Of a DNA stretch of 64,000 nucleotides, positions 28,886 to 38,247 are shown one piece after another; within the stretch, counting starts at the first letter, position 1; each line of letters starts with the position of its first letter. The position numbers and the translations under genes were made by a program. The DNA is from an uncultured Gemmatimonadales bacterium (GTDB lineage Bacteria; Gemmatimonadota; Gemmatimonadetes; Gemmatimonadales; GWC2-71-9). Under the pieces are notes generated by a model. That model made no database searches. It worked only from the letters and a program-made list of their open reading frames with translations, and was not told where the DNA came from. Where the stretch lies: the NCBI GenBank assembly GCA_963751925.1, contig CAVVWJ010000002.1:278292-342291 (forward strand). Direction: 5' to 3'.

Positions 28886-29315
28886 CTCTCCCGCGCTCCA
28901 CGCCGTCGTATTTCGAATCGGTGAGGTTGTCTGCGCGGCCCCGGCAGGGATCGTGCGTGAGATCCTCCCTCGCCTCCCGGCTACCCGAATTCCGGGCGTG
29001 CCGGACGCGGTCGAAGGGCTGGTGAACGTCCGTGGCAGCCTCCTCACGGTTCTGGATGGACATCTGCTGCTCCAGCAGGAGCGGCGTCCGTTGGATGAGG
29101 GCGCGATCATCGTTCTCCAAGTCAAAGGACGCAACTACGGCTTGGGAGTCAGCGCGGTGCTCGACTTCCTCGAGGTGCCTGCAGCTTCCGTCGTCGAACG
29201 GCGCGAGCTGCCCGGTGTCGATCCCCGACTGGTCAAGGCCGTCGGGCTCGGGGCCGACCAGCACTTCATCCTGCTCGACGTAGACGCGTTGTTTGCGCCG
29301 ATCATCGGAGGCTAA
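28878..29315 (+). CDS. cheW: CheW-like coupling protein (first gene of the chemosensory/polarity cluster)
   Basis: VVFRIGEVVCAAPAGIVREILPRLPATRIPGVPDAVEGLVNVRGSLLTVLD is a CheW fold pattern. ATG 28878 overlaps the rluD stop by 8 nt. Confidence 0.85.
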   Translation: MANSPALHAVVFRIGEVVCAAPAGIVREILPRLPATRIPGVPDAVEGLVNVRGSLLTVLDGHLLLQQERRPLDEGAIIVLQVKGRNYGLGVSAVLDFLEVPAASVVERRELPGVDPRLVKAVGLGADQHFILLDVDALFAPIIGG

Positions 29316-29351
29316 GGAACCGGATCCTGCCACCACGCACGGAGGGAGTCT

Positions 29352-29714
29352 GTGAATCAAACTGTGCTCGTCTGCGACGATGCCATCTTCATGCGCACCA
29401 TGATCAGCGACATCCTGAGCCAGGCTGGCTTCGAGATCGTCGGGGAAGCCGAATCTGGGCTGCAGGCGGTCGAGAAGTACCGCGTGCTGAAGCCGGATCT
29501 GGTCACCATGGATATCGTCATGCCGGACATGGGTGGCATCGAGGCCGTGCGCGAGATCTGTAAGACCGATCCCGAAGCCAAAATTCTGATGTGCAGCGCG
29601 ATGGGCCAGCAGGCGCTGGTGGTCGAAGCCATCCAGGCCGGGGCCAAAGATTTCGTGGTCAAACCGTTCCAGCCTTCCCGCGTGCTCGAGGCAGTCCAAC
29701 GCGTCCTGGCTTGA
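29352..29714 (+). CDS. cheY: CheY single-domain response regulator
   Basis: VLVCDDAIFMR, LVTMDIVMPDMGG, MCSAMG and KDFVVKPF. GTG start is preceded by GGAGGGA. Confidence 0.9.
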   Translation: MNQTVLVCDDAIFMRTMISDILSQAGFEIVGEAESGLQAVEKYRVLKPDLVTMDIVMPDMGGIEAVREICKTDPEAKILMCSAMGQQALVVEAIQAGAKDFVVKPFQPSRVLEAVQRVLA

Positions 29715-29717
29715 CGG

Positions 29718-31604
29718 ATGGACCTGTCGAAGTACGTCGCTCTGTTCCTGGCAGAGAGCCGGGAGCACCTCGGCGCGTGCAATCAGTCTCTGCTGGCGTG
29801 GGAGCGTGACCCAGCTGCCGTCGAGCCGGTCGACCGGGTCTTCCGAGCCATCCACACGATCAAGGGGATGGCGGCCACGATGGGCTACTCGGGGCTGGCC
29901 CAACTGGCTCACCGCACCGAAAACCTGCTCGATGCACTGCGAAAAAGCCGAGTACCGGCCACACCCGCCGTCTTCCAGCTTCTCTTCCGGGCGATTGATA
30001 CGCTGGGCCGCGGGGTGGAAGAGGTGGCGACGGGAGCTGAGGGGGAAGCAGACCAGGAACTGATCGCGGAGCTCGACACCGCCTCAGCGCGACAGGTGGA
30101 TGCGGTGACGGTGACGGCGGTCCCAGGCGATTTGCCTGCCACTCCGCCAGTGCCGGCAGAGCCGCAGTTCCGGCGCGCCACCGACGCTCCCCGCACTCGC
30201 TCGGTACAGGTCGCCATCCGGACGGCGGCGGTCATGCGGGGTGCGCGAGCGGCGCTGGTGCTTCGCCGGGCCGAAGGTCTCGGGGTGGTGAGCGCAGTCC
30301 GCCCGCCGATCACCCAGCTGGAACGGGATGAGTTCGACGGCCGCTTTTCCTTTCGACTCTCGACTCGGGCCGAGGACGCGGCGGTCGAGGTCGAACTTCG
30401 CGCCGTGGGAGAGGTCGACTCGATTCAGTTCGATGCGACTGCAGCGGGCCCAGAGACGGTTCGTCGCGGCAGGCAGATCCGGGTGGACCTGGAGCGGCTC
30501 GACGCGCTGATGAAGCAGGTCGGAGAGCTCGTCGTCGCCAAGAACCGCCTCACCGTGCTGTCGGACGACTCGGCCGACCCGGTGCTCGGCGAACTCAGCG
30601 AGCGGATTTCGCGGCTCGTCTCCGCCATGCAGGCGGAGGTGCTCGCGGCGAGGATGACGCCGGTGGGCGAAGTATTCGAGCGGTTCCCCCGCTTGGCGCG
30701 GGACCTCTCTCGCGACCTCGGCAAGCGGATTCGCTTCGACATGGAAGGTGAGGAGATCGAGCTCGATCGCTCGATTCTGGATGAGATCGGTGAGCCGTTA
30801 CTCCATCTCATCCGGAATGCGGCCGACCACGGGATCGAGTCCCCAGACGAGCGGGCGGCCGCGGGCAAGCCCAGCGAAGGGCGCATCCTCCTCTCGGCGG
30901 CACGAGAGCGGAACACGGTAGCCATTCGCGTAGTGGACGATGGCCGCGGCATCGATCGAGAGAAGATCCTGGCCAAAGCCAGGCGTGAAGGCGCGGCGCC
31001 TGAAGCTGAGGCCCTGAGCGACGATCTCCTGGTCCGGGTCCTCGCCCGACCCGGGTTCAGCACCGCTGGCACGGTCAGCGGAGTCTCGGGCAGAGGCGTG
31101 GGCGTGGATGTGGTCATGACCCGGGTTCGAGCGCTCGGTGGGACCCTCGAGGTCCGGAGCGAGCTCGGCCGCGGCAGCACTTTCCTGATGCGGGTGCCCC
31201 TGACTCTCGCCATCGTCCGGGCCTTACTGGCCGAGGCGGGTGGCGAGCGCTACGCGCTGCCGCTGGCCTATGTGGCCGAGACGGTCGAGTTCGACCAGCG
31301 CGCGGTGACCTCGGTTCGTGAGCGCGAGGCGTTGGTGGTGCGGGATCAGGTGATCCCAACGGTTCATCTGCGGGATCTTGTCGCCTGCGGCTCGAATGTT
31401 GGGAGGGTGGGGAAGAGACCTACGGTGATTCTCGAGGTCGGAGAACGGCGAACCGCGCTGGTGGTCGACGCTTTGGTGGGGCAGCAGGACATCGTAGTCG
31501 AGCCGTTCGATGCTCCCCGTGGGCTCCCGGCCTTTGTGGGCGGGGCAACGATTCTGGCAGACGGCGCTCCCGCTCTCATACTGGACGCCGCGGCGCTCCT
31601 TTAG
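29718..31604 (+). CDS. cheA: chemotaxis histidine kinase CheA
   Basis: Hpt P1 domain FRAIHTIKGMAATMG, dimerisation region IRVDLERLDALMKQVGELV, HATPase motifs HLIRNAADHGIE / DDGRGID / GVSGRGVGVDVV, and a C-terminal CheW-like P5 domain. Confidence 0.95.
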   Translation: MDLSKYVALFLAESREHLGACNQSLLAWERDPAAVEPVDRVFRAIHTIKGMAATMGYSGLAQLAHRTENLLDALRKSRVPATPAVFQLLFRAIDTLGRGVEEVATGAEGEADQELIAELDTASARQVDAVTVTAVPGDLPATPPVPAEPQFRRATDAPRTRSVQVAIRTAAVMRGARAALVLRRAEGLGVVSAVRPPITQLERDEFDGRFSFRLSTRAEDAAVEVELRAVGEVDSIQFDATAAGPETVRRGRQIRVDLERLDALMKQVGELVVAKNRLTVLSDDSADPVLGELSERISRLVSAMQAEVLAARMTPVGEVFERFPRLARDLSRDLGKRIRFDMEGEEIELDRSILDEIGEPLLHLIRNAADHGIESPDERAAAGKPSEGRILLSAARERNTVAIRVVDDGRGIDREKILAKARREGAAPEAEALSDDLLVRVLARPGFSTAGTVSGVSGRGVGVDVVMTRVRALGGTLEVRSELGRGSTFLMRVPLTLAIVRALLAEAGGERYALPLAYVAETVEFDQRAVTSVREREALVVRDQVIPTVHLRDLVACGSNVGRVGKRPTVILEVGERRTALVVDALVGQQDIVVEPFDAPRGLPAFVGGATILADGAPALILDAAALL

Positions 31605-31613
31605 GAGGATGGC

Positions 31614-32234
31614 ATGGAAGACGTGCGTGACCTGAAGGACTCGCAGCTCGATGCCATCCGCGAGGTGGCCAATATCGGCGCCGGCCACGCCGCCACTGCG
31701 CTATCGCAAATGACCAATCGCACCATCATGATCACGGTGCCCCGCGTCAAAGTACGTCCCATCGAGGATGTCTGCGAGATGATCGGGAGCCGCGACGAGA
31801 TCATCGCCGCCGTCCTCATGCACATGATGGGCGATCTCACTGGCCGGGCGATGGTGTTGTTTCCCGAGGCCCAGGCGCGTACCATCTGCGACTTTCTCTT
31901 CCGGCGGGAACTGGGCACCACCAAGACATTCGATCCGATGGAGCAATCCGGCCTCAAGGAGGCCGGCAACATCCTGGCGAGCGCCTACCTGAACGCGCTG
32001 AGCGACTTCATGGGGATGATGCTGGTGCCCTCGGTGCCGAGCCTCGTCATCGATCTCAGTGGCGCGATCCTGACGACCGCAGCCCTCAACTTCGGGCACG
32101 ACAGAGATTACGCCTTTTGCGTCGAGACCTCCTTTCGGGTGGAGGGCTCGGCTCAACCACTCGGCGGCCACTTCCTGCTGTTGCCTGACGTCGCGTCCCT
32201 GCGCTCCATCTTCGACGCCATCCGCCTGCCCTAA
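31614..32234 (+). CDS. cheC: CheC-family CheY-P phosphatase
   Basis: Both E-x2-N-x22-P active-site motifs are intact: EVAN + 22 residues + P, and EAGN + 22 residues + P. AGGAGG lies upstream. Confidence 0.85.
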   Translation: MEDVRDLKDSQLDAIREVANIGAGHAATALSQMTNRTIMITVPRVKVRPIEDVCEMIGSRDEIIAAVLMHMMGDLTGRAMVLFPEAQARTICDFLFRRELGTTKTFDPMEQSGLKEAGNILASAYLNALSDFMGMMLVPSVPSLVIDLSGAILTTAALNFGHDRDYAFCVETSFRVEGSAQPLGGHFLLLPDVASLRSIFDAIRLP

Positions 32235-32237
32235 TCG

Positions 32238-34943
32238 ATGCCAGCCCCTGCGCTCTCCGAGCGCGATCTCACGGTGCTCCGCTCCTTCGCCCGTCGGATC
32301 GATCCTTCAGATGCCGGGGCCCACAACAACCTCGGCGTTCTCTATTACCAGAAGGGTCTGATCGAGGAGGCGATCGCTGAGTTCGCGCGGGCGCTCGAGC
32401 TCGATGCCAAGATGCAGGTGGCACAGACCAATCTCGAGATCGCCTATCGGGAGAGCGGACACTACGACCGGCGCATCGGCGATCTTCGGGATCAGGTTGC
32501 CCGCCTGCCGGGAGACCGAGCAGCACGCTGGGAGCTGGGTCGGGCGTACGCATCGCTTGGACGCCACGAGGAGGCGGTCGCTGAATTTCAGGCGCTGCTC
32601 TCCAATTACCCCGACGATGTTCCCGCTCTGCTGCAGCTGGGACTCGCCGAAAAGGCCCGAGGCCGGCTGGATGCGGCGAGCGATTGGCTGGCCCGAGCGT
32701 GCGAAAAAGATCCCGAAAGCCCGGTCCCGCGATTTCACCGCGGCGAGGTGCTGTACAACCGGGGCTTGAATGAGCTCGCGCTGGTCTCCCTCAAGGATGC
32801 CATCGCCCGGAACCCCGACTACGCCGAAGCGCATTATTTAATGGCGTTCGTCTACGGCGACCTGGGTCAGCACGAGGCGGCCCGCGCGGCGACCAAGCGG
32901 GCAGTGGCACTCAATCCGATGCTGGCGCGCGCGCAGGCGAATCTCGCGTTGGAGGGTGGCACCCTTCAGCGTCCCTCGCCGGAGCATGCCCGAAACGGCG
33001 GTTCGGCCGCAACGCCTGGTCCAGCGGTGCCGCAACCGGTAGCGGGCGCCCCGTTGGCGCACTACAACAACGGGACGACGCTTCGCCAGAAGGGGTTTCT
33101 CGAAGACGCGGTCAAAGAGTACCAGTCCGGCCTCGACCAGGGAGAAGATCGTCGGCTCAATCTTCAGGCGCTGGCCGAGGTACATCTTCTGCGGCGAGAT
33201 CTCCCGGCCTCGCTCGCGCTCTACGATGAGCTGGTGGGAGACTACCCGGATTCGCCCAAGCTTTGGAACGAGCGTGGGGTCTGCCTGCATCAGGCGGGAA
33301 ATCGGGAGGACGCCCTCGTCTCCTACGAGAAGGCCGTTGTAGCCGATCCCGCGTACAAGCTGGCATGGAACAATCTCGGCGTCCTGCGAGCCGGCGAGTT
33401 GTCAGGTGACGGTGCCGTTGCTGCGCTGCGATACGCCCTCGATGGCTCGCAGCCACTGTTCACGGCGCGTCTCAATCTGGCGCTGCTGTACCTGCAGCGC
33501 CGCCAGCATAAGGCCGCCCTCGAGGAGTACCAACGGGCCCTCACCGAGCAGCCATCCAGTGCGGTCGGGTGGAATGGTGTCGGCCTGGTGATGATGGAGC
33601 TCAAGCGCTACGAGGAGGCGCGGAACGCGTTCGGCCGTGCGGTCGACGCCGATGCCAACTTTGCGGCGGCGCATTACAACCTGAGCTTCATCCTGAGCCA
33701 GCTCGGGGACTTCGACGGAGCCCTGCGGGAAACCCGTCGGGCACTCGAGCTCGAGCCGCTGTACGTCCCGCAGAAGTTCGCCCTGGCGATCGACCTGCAG
33801 TACGAAGATCGCACCATTGCGATTGCGCCCGAGCTCGTGGCGGACGTCAGCGGGGACGAGCTTGCCGGCGAGTTCAACTACGATGCGCCTGCCCTCGATC
33901 AGCTGTTCGACGAGCTGGCACCGTCGCTGCCGCAGGAACCTGTCCCCGCGGACGACGATTCCCTGGACCTTGCCCGCGATCTCATTCGGAAGGGTCTGCT
34001 GGACGCTGCCGCGGCCGAGCTGGCGCGGACCTCCAGCCGCGCGGCCCCGCGCCCGGCCACCTCGGTCCTTCTGGGAGACATCTTCGCCAAGCGCGGCCTC
34101 TACGGCGAGGCGCTCGAGCGCTATCGGACGGCGCGCAGCATGGTGCCAGACGATCGGGATGCAACCCTGGGTGAGATCCGCGCACTGCTCTCCCTCGGCT
34201 GGGCTCCCGAGGCCCTCCCGTTGGCCGATGCCCTCGCCGCTCGCCTTGGCAAAGATGTCGATGTCCTGGCTGCTCGCGCCCGGGCGCGCATTGCGACTGG
34301 CGATGCTGCTGGGGCACTCGACTCCATTCGTCAGGCACAATCATTCGTCCCCGCCCGAGCTGATCTTCTCCACCTCCAGGCGCAGGCATCAGTTGGCCTG
34401 GGCGACCGGACCGCGGCGCTGGCGGCGTTCAACGCCGCGCTCCAGCTCGATCCTTCGCTGGTGCGGGTCTGGGTCGAGCTCGGCGCCCTGGAAGAGGACC
34501 GCCGCAATTGGACGGGCGCGCGTTCCGCCTACGAACGGGCCCTCGACCTGCTCCCAACCTTCGGTACTGCCGCCCTGGCACTGGCCGATCTGCTGCGCCG
34601 AACCGAGTCGCCCCGGGCCGCAGTGCCCGTTCTGGTTCGCCTGCTGGAAGCTGATCCGTACGAGCTGGAGGCATTGACCGCGCTGGGGCGCGCACTGCTC
34701 GAGGATGGGCGCACTGTCCAGGCGAGAGAGGCATTCGCCCGGGTGCTGCGCTTCGATCCCGATCATGCCGCCGCCCTGTACCACCAGGGCACCTGCTTCG
34801 CCCGGGAGCGGCAGTTCGAGGAAGCGGTCCAGGCCTGGGAGAGGGTAGTCGAGCTGGCTCCCGAAGGACCCTATGCCAGCGAGGCCCGCAGCCGCTCCCG
34901 CTCCGCCCGCGATCTGCAGCACATCTTCGCGACGGCGGGCTGA
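32238..34943 (+). CDS. 901-aa tetratricopeptide-repeat protein
   Basis: The whole length reads as consecutive TPR units (e.g. AHNNLGVLYYQKGLIEEAIAEFARALELD, AWNNLGVL..., AHYNLSFILSQLGDFDGALRETRRALELEP). No other domain is visible. Confidence 0.85.
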   Translation: MPAPALSERDLTVLRSFARRIDPSDAGAHNNLGVLYYQKGLIEEAIAEFARALELDAKMQVAQTNLEIAYRESGHYDRRIGDLRDQVARLPGDRAARWELGRAYASLGRHEEAVAEFQALLSNYPDDVPALLQLGLAEKARGRLDAASDWLARACEKDPESPVPRFHRGEVLYNRGLNELALVSLKDAIARNPDYAEAHYLMAFVYGDLGQHEAARAATKRAVALNPMLARAQANLALEGGTLQRPSPEHARNGGSAATPGPAVPQPVAGAPLAHYNNGTTLRQKGFLEDAVKEYQSGLDQGEDRRLNLQALAEVHLLRRDLPASLALYDELVGDYPDSPKLWNERGVCLHQAGNREDALVSYEKAVVADPAYKLAWNNLGVLRAGELSGDGAVAALRYALDGSQPLFTARLNLALLYLQRRQHKAALEEYQRALTEQPSSAVGWNGVGLVMMELKRYEEARNAFGRAVDADANFAAAHYNLSFILSQLGDFDGALRETRRALELEPLYVPQKFALAIDLQYEDRTIAIAPELVADVSGDELAGEFNYDAPALDQLFDELAPSLPQEPVPADDDSLDLARDLIRKGLLDAAAAELARTSSRAAPRPATSVLLGDIFAKRGLYGEALERYRTARSMVPDDRDATLGEIRALLSLGWAPEALPLADALAARLGKDVDVLAARARARIATGDAAGALDSIRQAQSFVPARADLLHLQAQASVGLGDRTAALAAFNAALQLDPSLVRVWVELGALEEDRRNWTGARSAYERALDLLPTFGTAALALADLLRRTESPRAAVPVLVRLLEADPYELEALTALGRALLEDGRTVQAREAFARVLRFDPDHAAALYHQGTCFARERQFEEAVQAWERVVELAPEGPYASEARSRSRSARDLQHIFATAG

Positions 34944-34946
34944 GCC

Positions 34947-35987
34947 ATGGCGCTCGAAGGGCCGCTCAAGGAGTTCCACATCCAGGATGTCTTTCAGCTC
35001 CTGGATCTGGGACGGAAAACCGGCGCGCTGCGAGTTACCTCGGAGCTTCGCCAGACCTCTGCGTCGGTGTCTTTCGAGCGAGGCGGCGTCGTCGCTGCCA
35101 CGCTGGGAAAAACGCCGCAGCGCATCGGGACTCGACTGGTGCGAATGGGGAAGCTCTCGGCCAAAGAGCTCGACCGCGCGTTGGGCCAGCAGGAGAAGGG
35201 CGACGCCCGCAAGCTGGGGGACATTCTCGTTGCTAACGGTGCGATCAGCCGGCGAGAGCTGGAACGTCAGCTCAAGGCCCAGGTCGAGGAGACCATCCTC
35301 GAGCTCCTCAGCTGGACCGAAGGCCACTTTCGCTTCGAGGAAGGGGCACCCTGCGAGGCGATCGTAGACGCGCCGGTGCGAATTGGGACCGAAGGGCTGC
35401 TGATGGAATCGGCTCGGCGGCATGACGAGTGGTCGAGGATCGAGGCGAAGGTGCCGCACCTCAAAGTCATCCCGCGGCTACCGCCGGCTGAGTCAATCTC
35501 CTGCGGCAAGCTCGATCTGGCCCCGTTCGAGTGGGAAGTGCTCGCGGCGGTGGACGGCCAGCGGGACCTGCATGCCCTCGCGGATATTCTGGGCCGGTCT
35601 GAGTTCGACGTGGCGAAGACGGTGTTTACGCTGGCGGCGGCGGGCGTGATCGTCCTCGACAACTCCAACGGAACCGCCGAGAACGGCCGCGACCACAGCG
35701 CGGTCCTCCGCCCGGCCCGTGAGGCTTTGGGTAAAAACGAATTCGAGAAGGCTGCCAAGATCCTCCAGGAAATCTTGCGGGCGGACCCTCTTATGCCCGA
35801 GGCCCGCCGTCTCTACGGCGTGTGCGAGGCGGCACTGGGCCGGTTCAGGAGGGCAGCAGAAACCTGGAAGAGTTGGGGCCGCCTCGGTACCCGCACGCCG
35901 GCCGAAGAAGGAATGTCGGCCGAAGTGGAACGTCTTCGGCAGGCAGCTGAAATTTTGGCGGAGGAGCTCGAGAGATACCGTGACTGA
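34947..35987 (+). CDS. PATAN/DUF4388-domain protein with helical insertion and C-terminal TPR-like tail
   Basis: The N-terminus MALEGPLKEFHIQDVFQLLDLGRKTGALRV is the DUF4388 signature. The inserted helical hairpin is MGKLSAKELDRALGQQEKGDARKLGDILVANGAISRRELERQL. Then ILELLSWTEGHFRFEEG. Confidence 0.75.
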   Translation: MALEGPLKEFHIQDVFQLLDLGRKTGALRVTSELRQTSASVSFERGGVVAATLGKTPQRIGTRLVRMGKLSAKELDRALGQQEKGDARKLGDILVANGAISRRELERQLKAQVEETILELLSWTEGHFRFEEGAPCEAIVDAPVRIGTEGLLMESARRHDEWSRIEAKVPHLKVIPRLPPAESISCGKLDLAPFEWEVLAAVDGQRDLHALADILGRSEFDVAKTVFTLAAAGVIVLDNSNGTAENGRDHSAVLRPAREALGKNEFEKAAKILQEILRADPLMPEARRLYGVCEAALGRFRRAAETWKSWGRLGTRTPAEEGMSAEVERLRQAAEILAEELERYRD

Positions 35988-36834
35988 TGACATCCGGATG
36001 TTGACTGCCCGTCTCGCAGACGAGCCCTCCAGTCTCGCCTTTCTCGAGCTGGGTGAAGCCTTGCGCCGCCGCGGTCAGCTCGAGGCGGCGTACAAAGTGG
36101 CGCGCGGCGGAGTCAGCCGATATCCCGGCCTCGCCGACGCGCACGATCTCATGGCTCGCATCCTGGGTGACCAGGGTGATTTGGCCGGCGCCTTCGATGC
36201 CTGGGCCGAGGCGCTCCGGTTCGACCCGATGCGGATCGGCGCACTCAAGGGAATCGGCTTCCTGTACTACCGGGCAGGAGACATCGCTGCGGCGCTCGAT
36301 CACCTCCATCGGGCTGCTGAGATCGATCCGGACGATCTATCGATCTCACAGGCAGTCGATCGAATCAGGAGCGCTGCGGAAACGCCGGCTGTGTCAGACA
36401 CGCCTGAGCCGGACGCCGCAGTTGAGGCCCCGGCCGTCGAGGAGGCGGGTGCACGGTCCGAGAACACCGCTTCATCGACGCCGGCATTCGGAGGCAATGA
36501 ACGGAGCGATCATGGCCTCATGCTGGTCGATGGCAATGGTCTTCGCCTGAGCGGCACCCTGCGAAGCCCCAGCAACGAGGATGTGGGAGACCGCGTTGCC
36601 GCGGAGCTTGCGGGTGTCTCCAAGGAAGCGTCACGGACGACGAAGCTGTTGGGGCTCGGTCCCTGGCAGGCGATCGCAGTTGAGTCGCCCGAAGGCAACC
36701 TGTTCATGGTCGCTCCCACTCAGGAGACCGTGCTGCTCACCCTGCGTGATCCCTCGTTGCCAATGGCGCGGCTGGGACTGATCGCCGAGCGGGCGGCGCA
36801 AGATGCCCGCACCTGGCTGGGGGCCCAGAAATGA
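35980..36834 (+). CDS. TPR - Roadblock/LC7 fusion protein
   Basis: N-terminal TPRs (AFLELGEALRRRGQLEAAYKVARGGVSRYP, AHDLMARILGDQGDLAGAFDAWAEALRFDP). An acidic linker follows. The C-terminal Roadblock-like fold is LMLVDGNGLRLSG...VAAELAGVSKEA...AIAVESPEGNLFMVAP...LLTLRDPSLPMARL. Start is GTG 35980 or ATG 35998. Confidence 0.7.
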   Translation: MTDDIRMLTARLADEPSSLAFLELGEALRRRGQLEAAYKVARGGVSRYPGLADAHDLMARILGDQGDLAGAFDAWAEALRFDPMRIGALKGIGFLYYRAGDIAAALDHLHRAAEIDPDDLSISQAVDRIRSAAETPAVSDTPEPDAAVEAPAVEEAGARSENTASSTPAFGGNERSDHGLMLVDGNGLRLSGTLRSPSNEDVGDRVAAELAGVSKEASRTTKLLGLGPWQAIAVESPEGNLFMVAPTQETVLLTLRDPSLPMARLGLIAERAAQDARTWLGAQK

Positions 36835-37178
36835 ACGGGGCCAATCTGGCGCTCGAGCGAGTCACCCGGGTTCCTGGAGTCCGCGGGTCACTCCTGATCT
36901 CCGCCGATGATGGACTCGTCGTGGCTGAACGCCTCATGGACGGGATCGATGGACGCGCGATTGCGGCGTTGGCGGCCAGCCTCGTCCAACGATTGGGTCG
37001 GGCGATCGGCGGAGCGGGAATGCGCGCCCCGACGTTTGTTCACCTTCGCGGCAATGCTGGCTCCGTGCTGGCTGCGCCCGGGCGCTATGATCTCGTCCTG
37101 GTGGCCCTGATGGCGCCCGATGCGAACCTGGGGCTCGCTCGGCTCGAGATGCTCGATGTGGTCGGTCACCTCGCCTGA
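36831..37178 (+). CDS. Roadblock/LC7 (MglB-like) protein
   Basis: LERVTRVPGVRGSLLISADDGLVVAE...DGRAIAALAASLVQRLGRA...FVHLRGNAGSVLAAPGRYDLVLVALMAPDANLG is the canonical Robl_LC7 pattern. ATGA overlap upstream. Confidence 0.8.
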   Translation: MNGANLALERVTRVPGVRGSLLISADDGLVVAERLMDGIDGRAIAALAASLVQRLGRAIGGAGMRAPTFVHLRGNAGSVLAAPGRYDLVLVALMAPDANLGLARLEMLDVVGHLA

Positions 37179-37639
37179 TGCGTGCGCTCGAGCCCTGGGT
37201 CGCCGGTCCGATGCAGACCTTCATCACAGAGTCCTCGGCCAGGCTGATCCTGTTGATGACGACCTCGGGCCAGGTGGTCGCGCAGCACGGGTTTTCCCGT
37301 TCGGTCGAAGTGATGACGGCAGCGGCCTTGGGCGCGGGGATCGTCGCCTCGACTGAGGAGCTGGCGCGGCTCATGGGGACATCGCGCTTTGGGGCCGTGG
37401 TGCACGGCGGTAGCCGGCAGAGCTGTATGCTCTCGGCCTTTGGCACCCCTCGCGGGCGATGGATCGGCTTGGTGGTTTTTGGCTCCGAAACATCGGTGGG
37501 AATCGTGCAGCTCTTCTTCGATCAGATGGTGGAGCAGTTGGTGACGGCGGCGCCTCGCGAACAATCAGTTGCGCCGGTGTTGGCGGAAAACTTCGAGCGC
37601 GAGCTCGATACCAGCCTCAAAGAGCTCTTCGGACGGTAA
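37178..37639 (+). CDS. divergent Roadblock/LC7-like protein with C-terminal helical extension
   Basis: [47 protein letters not shown]...[26 protein letters not shown] has the same alpha-beta-alpha layout as the neighbouring gene. TGATG junction. Confidence 0.6.
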   Translation: MRALEPWVAGPMQTFITESSARLILLMTTSGQVVAQHGFSRSVEVMTAAALGAGIVASTEELARLMGTSRFGAVVHGGSRQSCMLSAFGTPRGRWIGLVVFGSETSVGIVQLFFDQMVEQLVTAAPREQSVAPVLAENFERELDTSLKELFGR

Positions 37640-37644
37640 CTGAT

Positions 37645-38247
37645 ATGTCTCTGGTCAACTTCACAGCGCGTGAGATCACCTGCAAGATCGTCTACTACGG
37701 TCCGGGACGGTCCGGCAAGACGACCAACCTGCAGTACGTCTATGGCCGCGTGCCCGAGGCACGACGTGGGCGTATGGTCTCGCTCGCAACCCAGACCGAT
37801 CGGACGCTCTTCTTCGATTTCCTTCCTTTGGAGCTGGGGACGATTTCCGGCTTCACCACCAAGTTCCAGCTCTACACCGTCCCTGGGCAGAGCTACTACA
37901 ACGCCACTCGCAAACTCGTGCTTCAGGGCGCCGATGGTGTCGTCTTTGTCGCCGATAGCCAGGCTCGGCGATTCGATGACAACCTCGAGAGCCTGCAGAA
38001 TCTTCAGGACAATCTTCTGGGGCAGGGTGTCGACGTACGGCAGCTGCCAATCGTGTTCCAATACAACAAACAGGATCTGCCTCGGGACTTGATCCTGGGG
38101 CAGGACGAGATGGATGATGCCCTGAATTTCCGCTCGGTGCAGAGCTATTCCGCAGATGCGCTGCACGGGAGCGGCGTCTTCGAGACCCTCAAGGGCGTGT
38201 CGGAGCTGGTGCTGAAGCGGCTGGCCGCGGGAGCCCAGGTGGCATGA
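37645..38247 (+). CDS. mglA: MglA-family Ras-like GTPase
   Basis: Near-collinear with Myxococcus MglA: [25 protein letters not shown] (P-loop), [12 protein letters not shown] (intrinsic Arg), YTVPGQ (catalytic Gln), [15 protein letters not shown] (NKxD). ATG 37645 is preferred over the 37459 extension. Confidence 0.92.
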   Translation: MSLVNFTAREITCKIVYYGPGRSGKTTNLQYVYGRVPEARRGRMVSLATQTDRTLFFDFLPLELGTISGFTTKFQLYTVPGQSYYNATRKLVLQGADGVVFVADSQARRFDDNLESLQNLQDNLLGQGVDVRQLPIVFQYNKQDLPRDLILGQDEMDDALNFRSVQSYSADALHGSGVFETLKGVSELVLKRLAAGAQVA

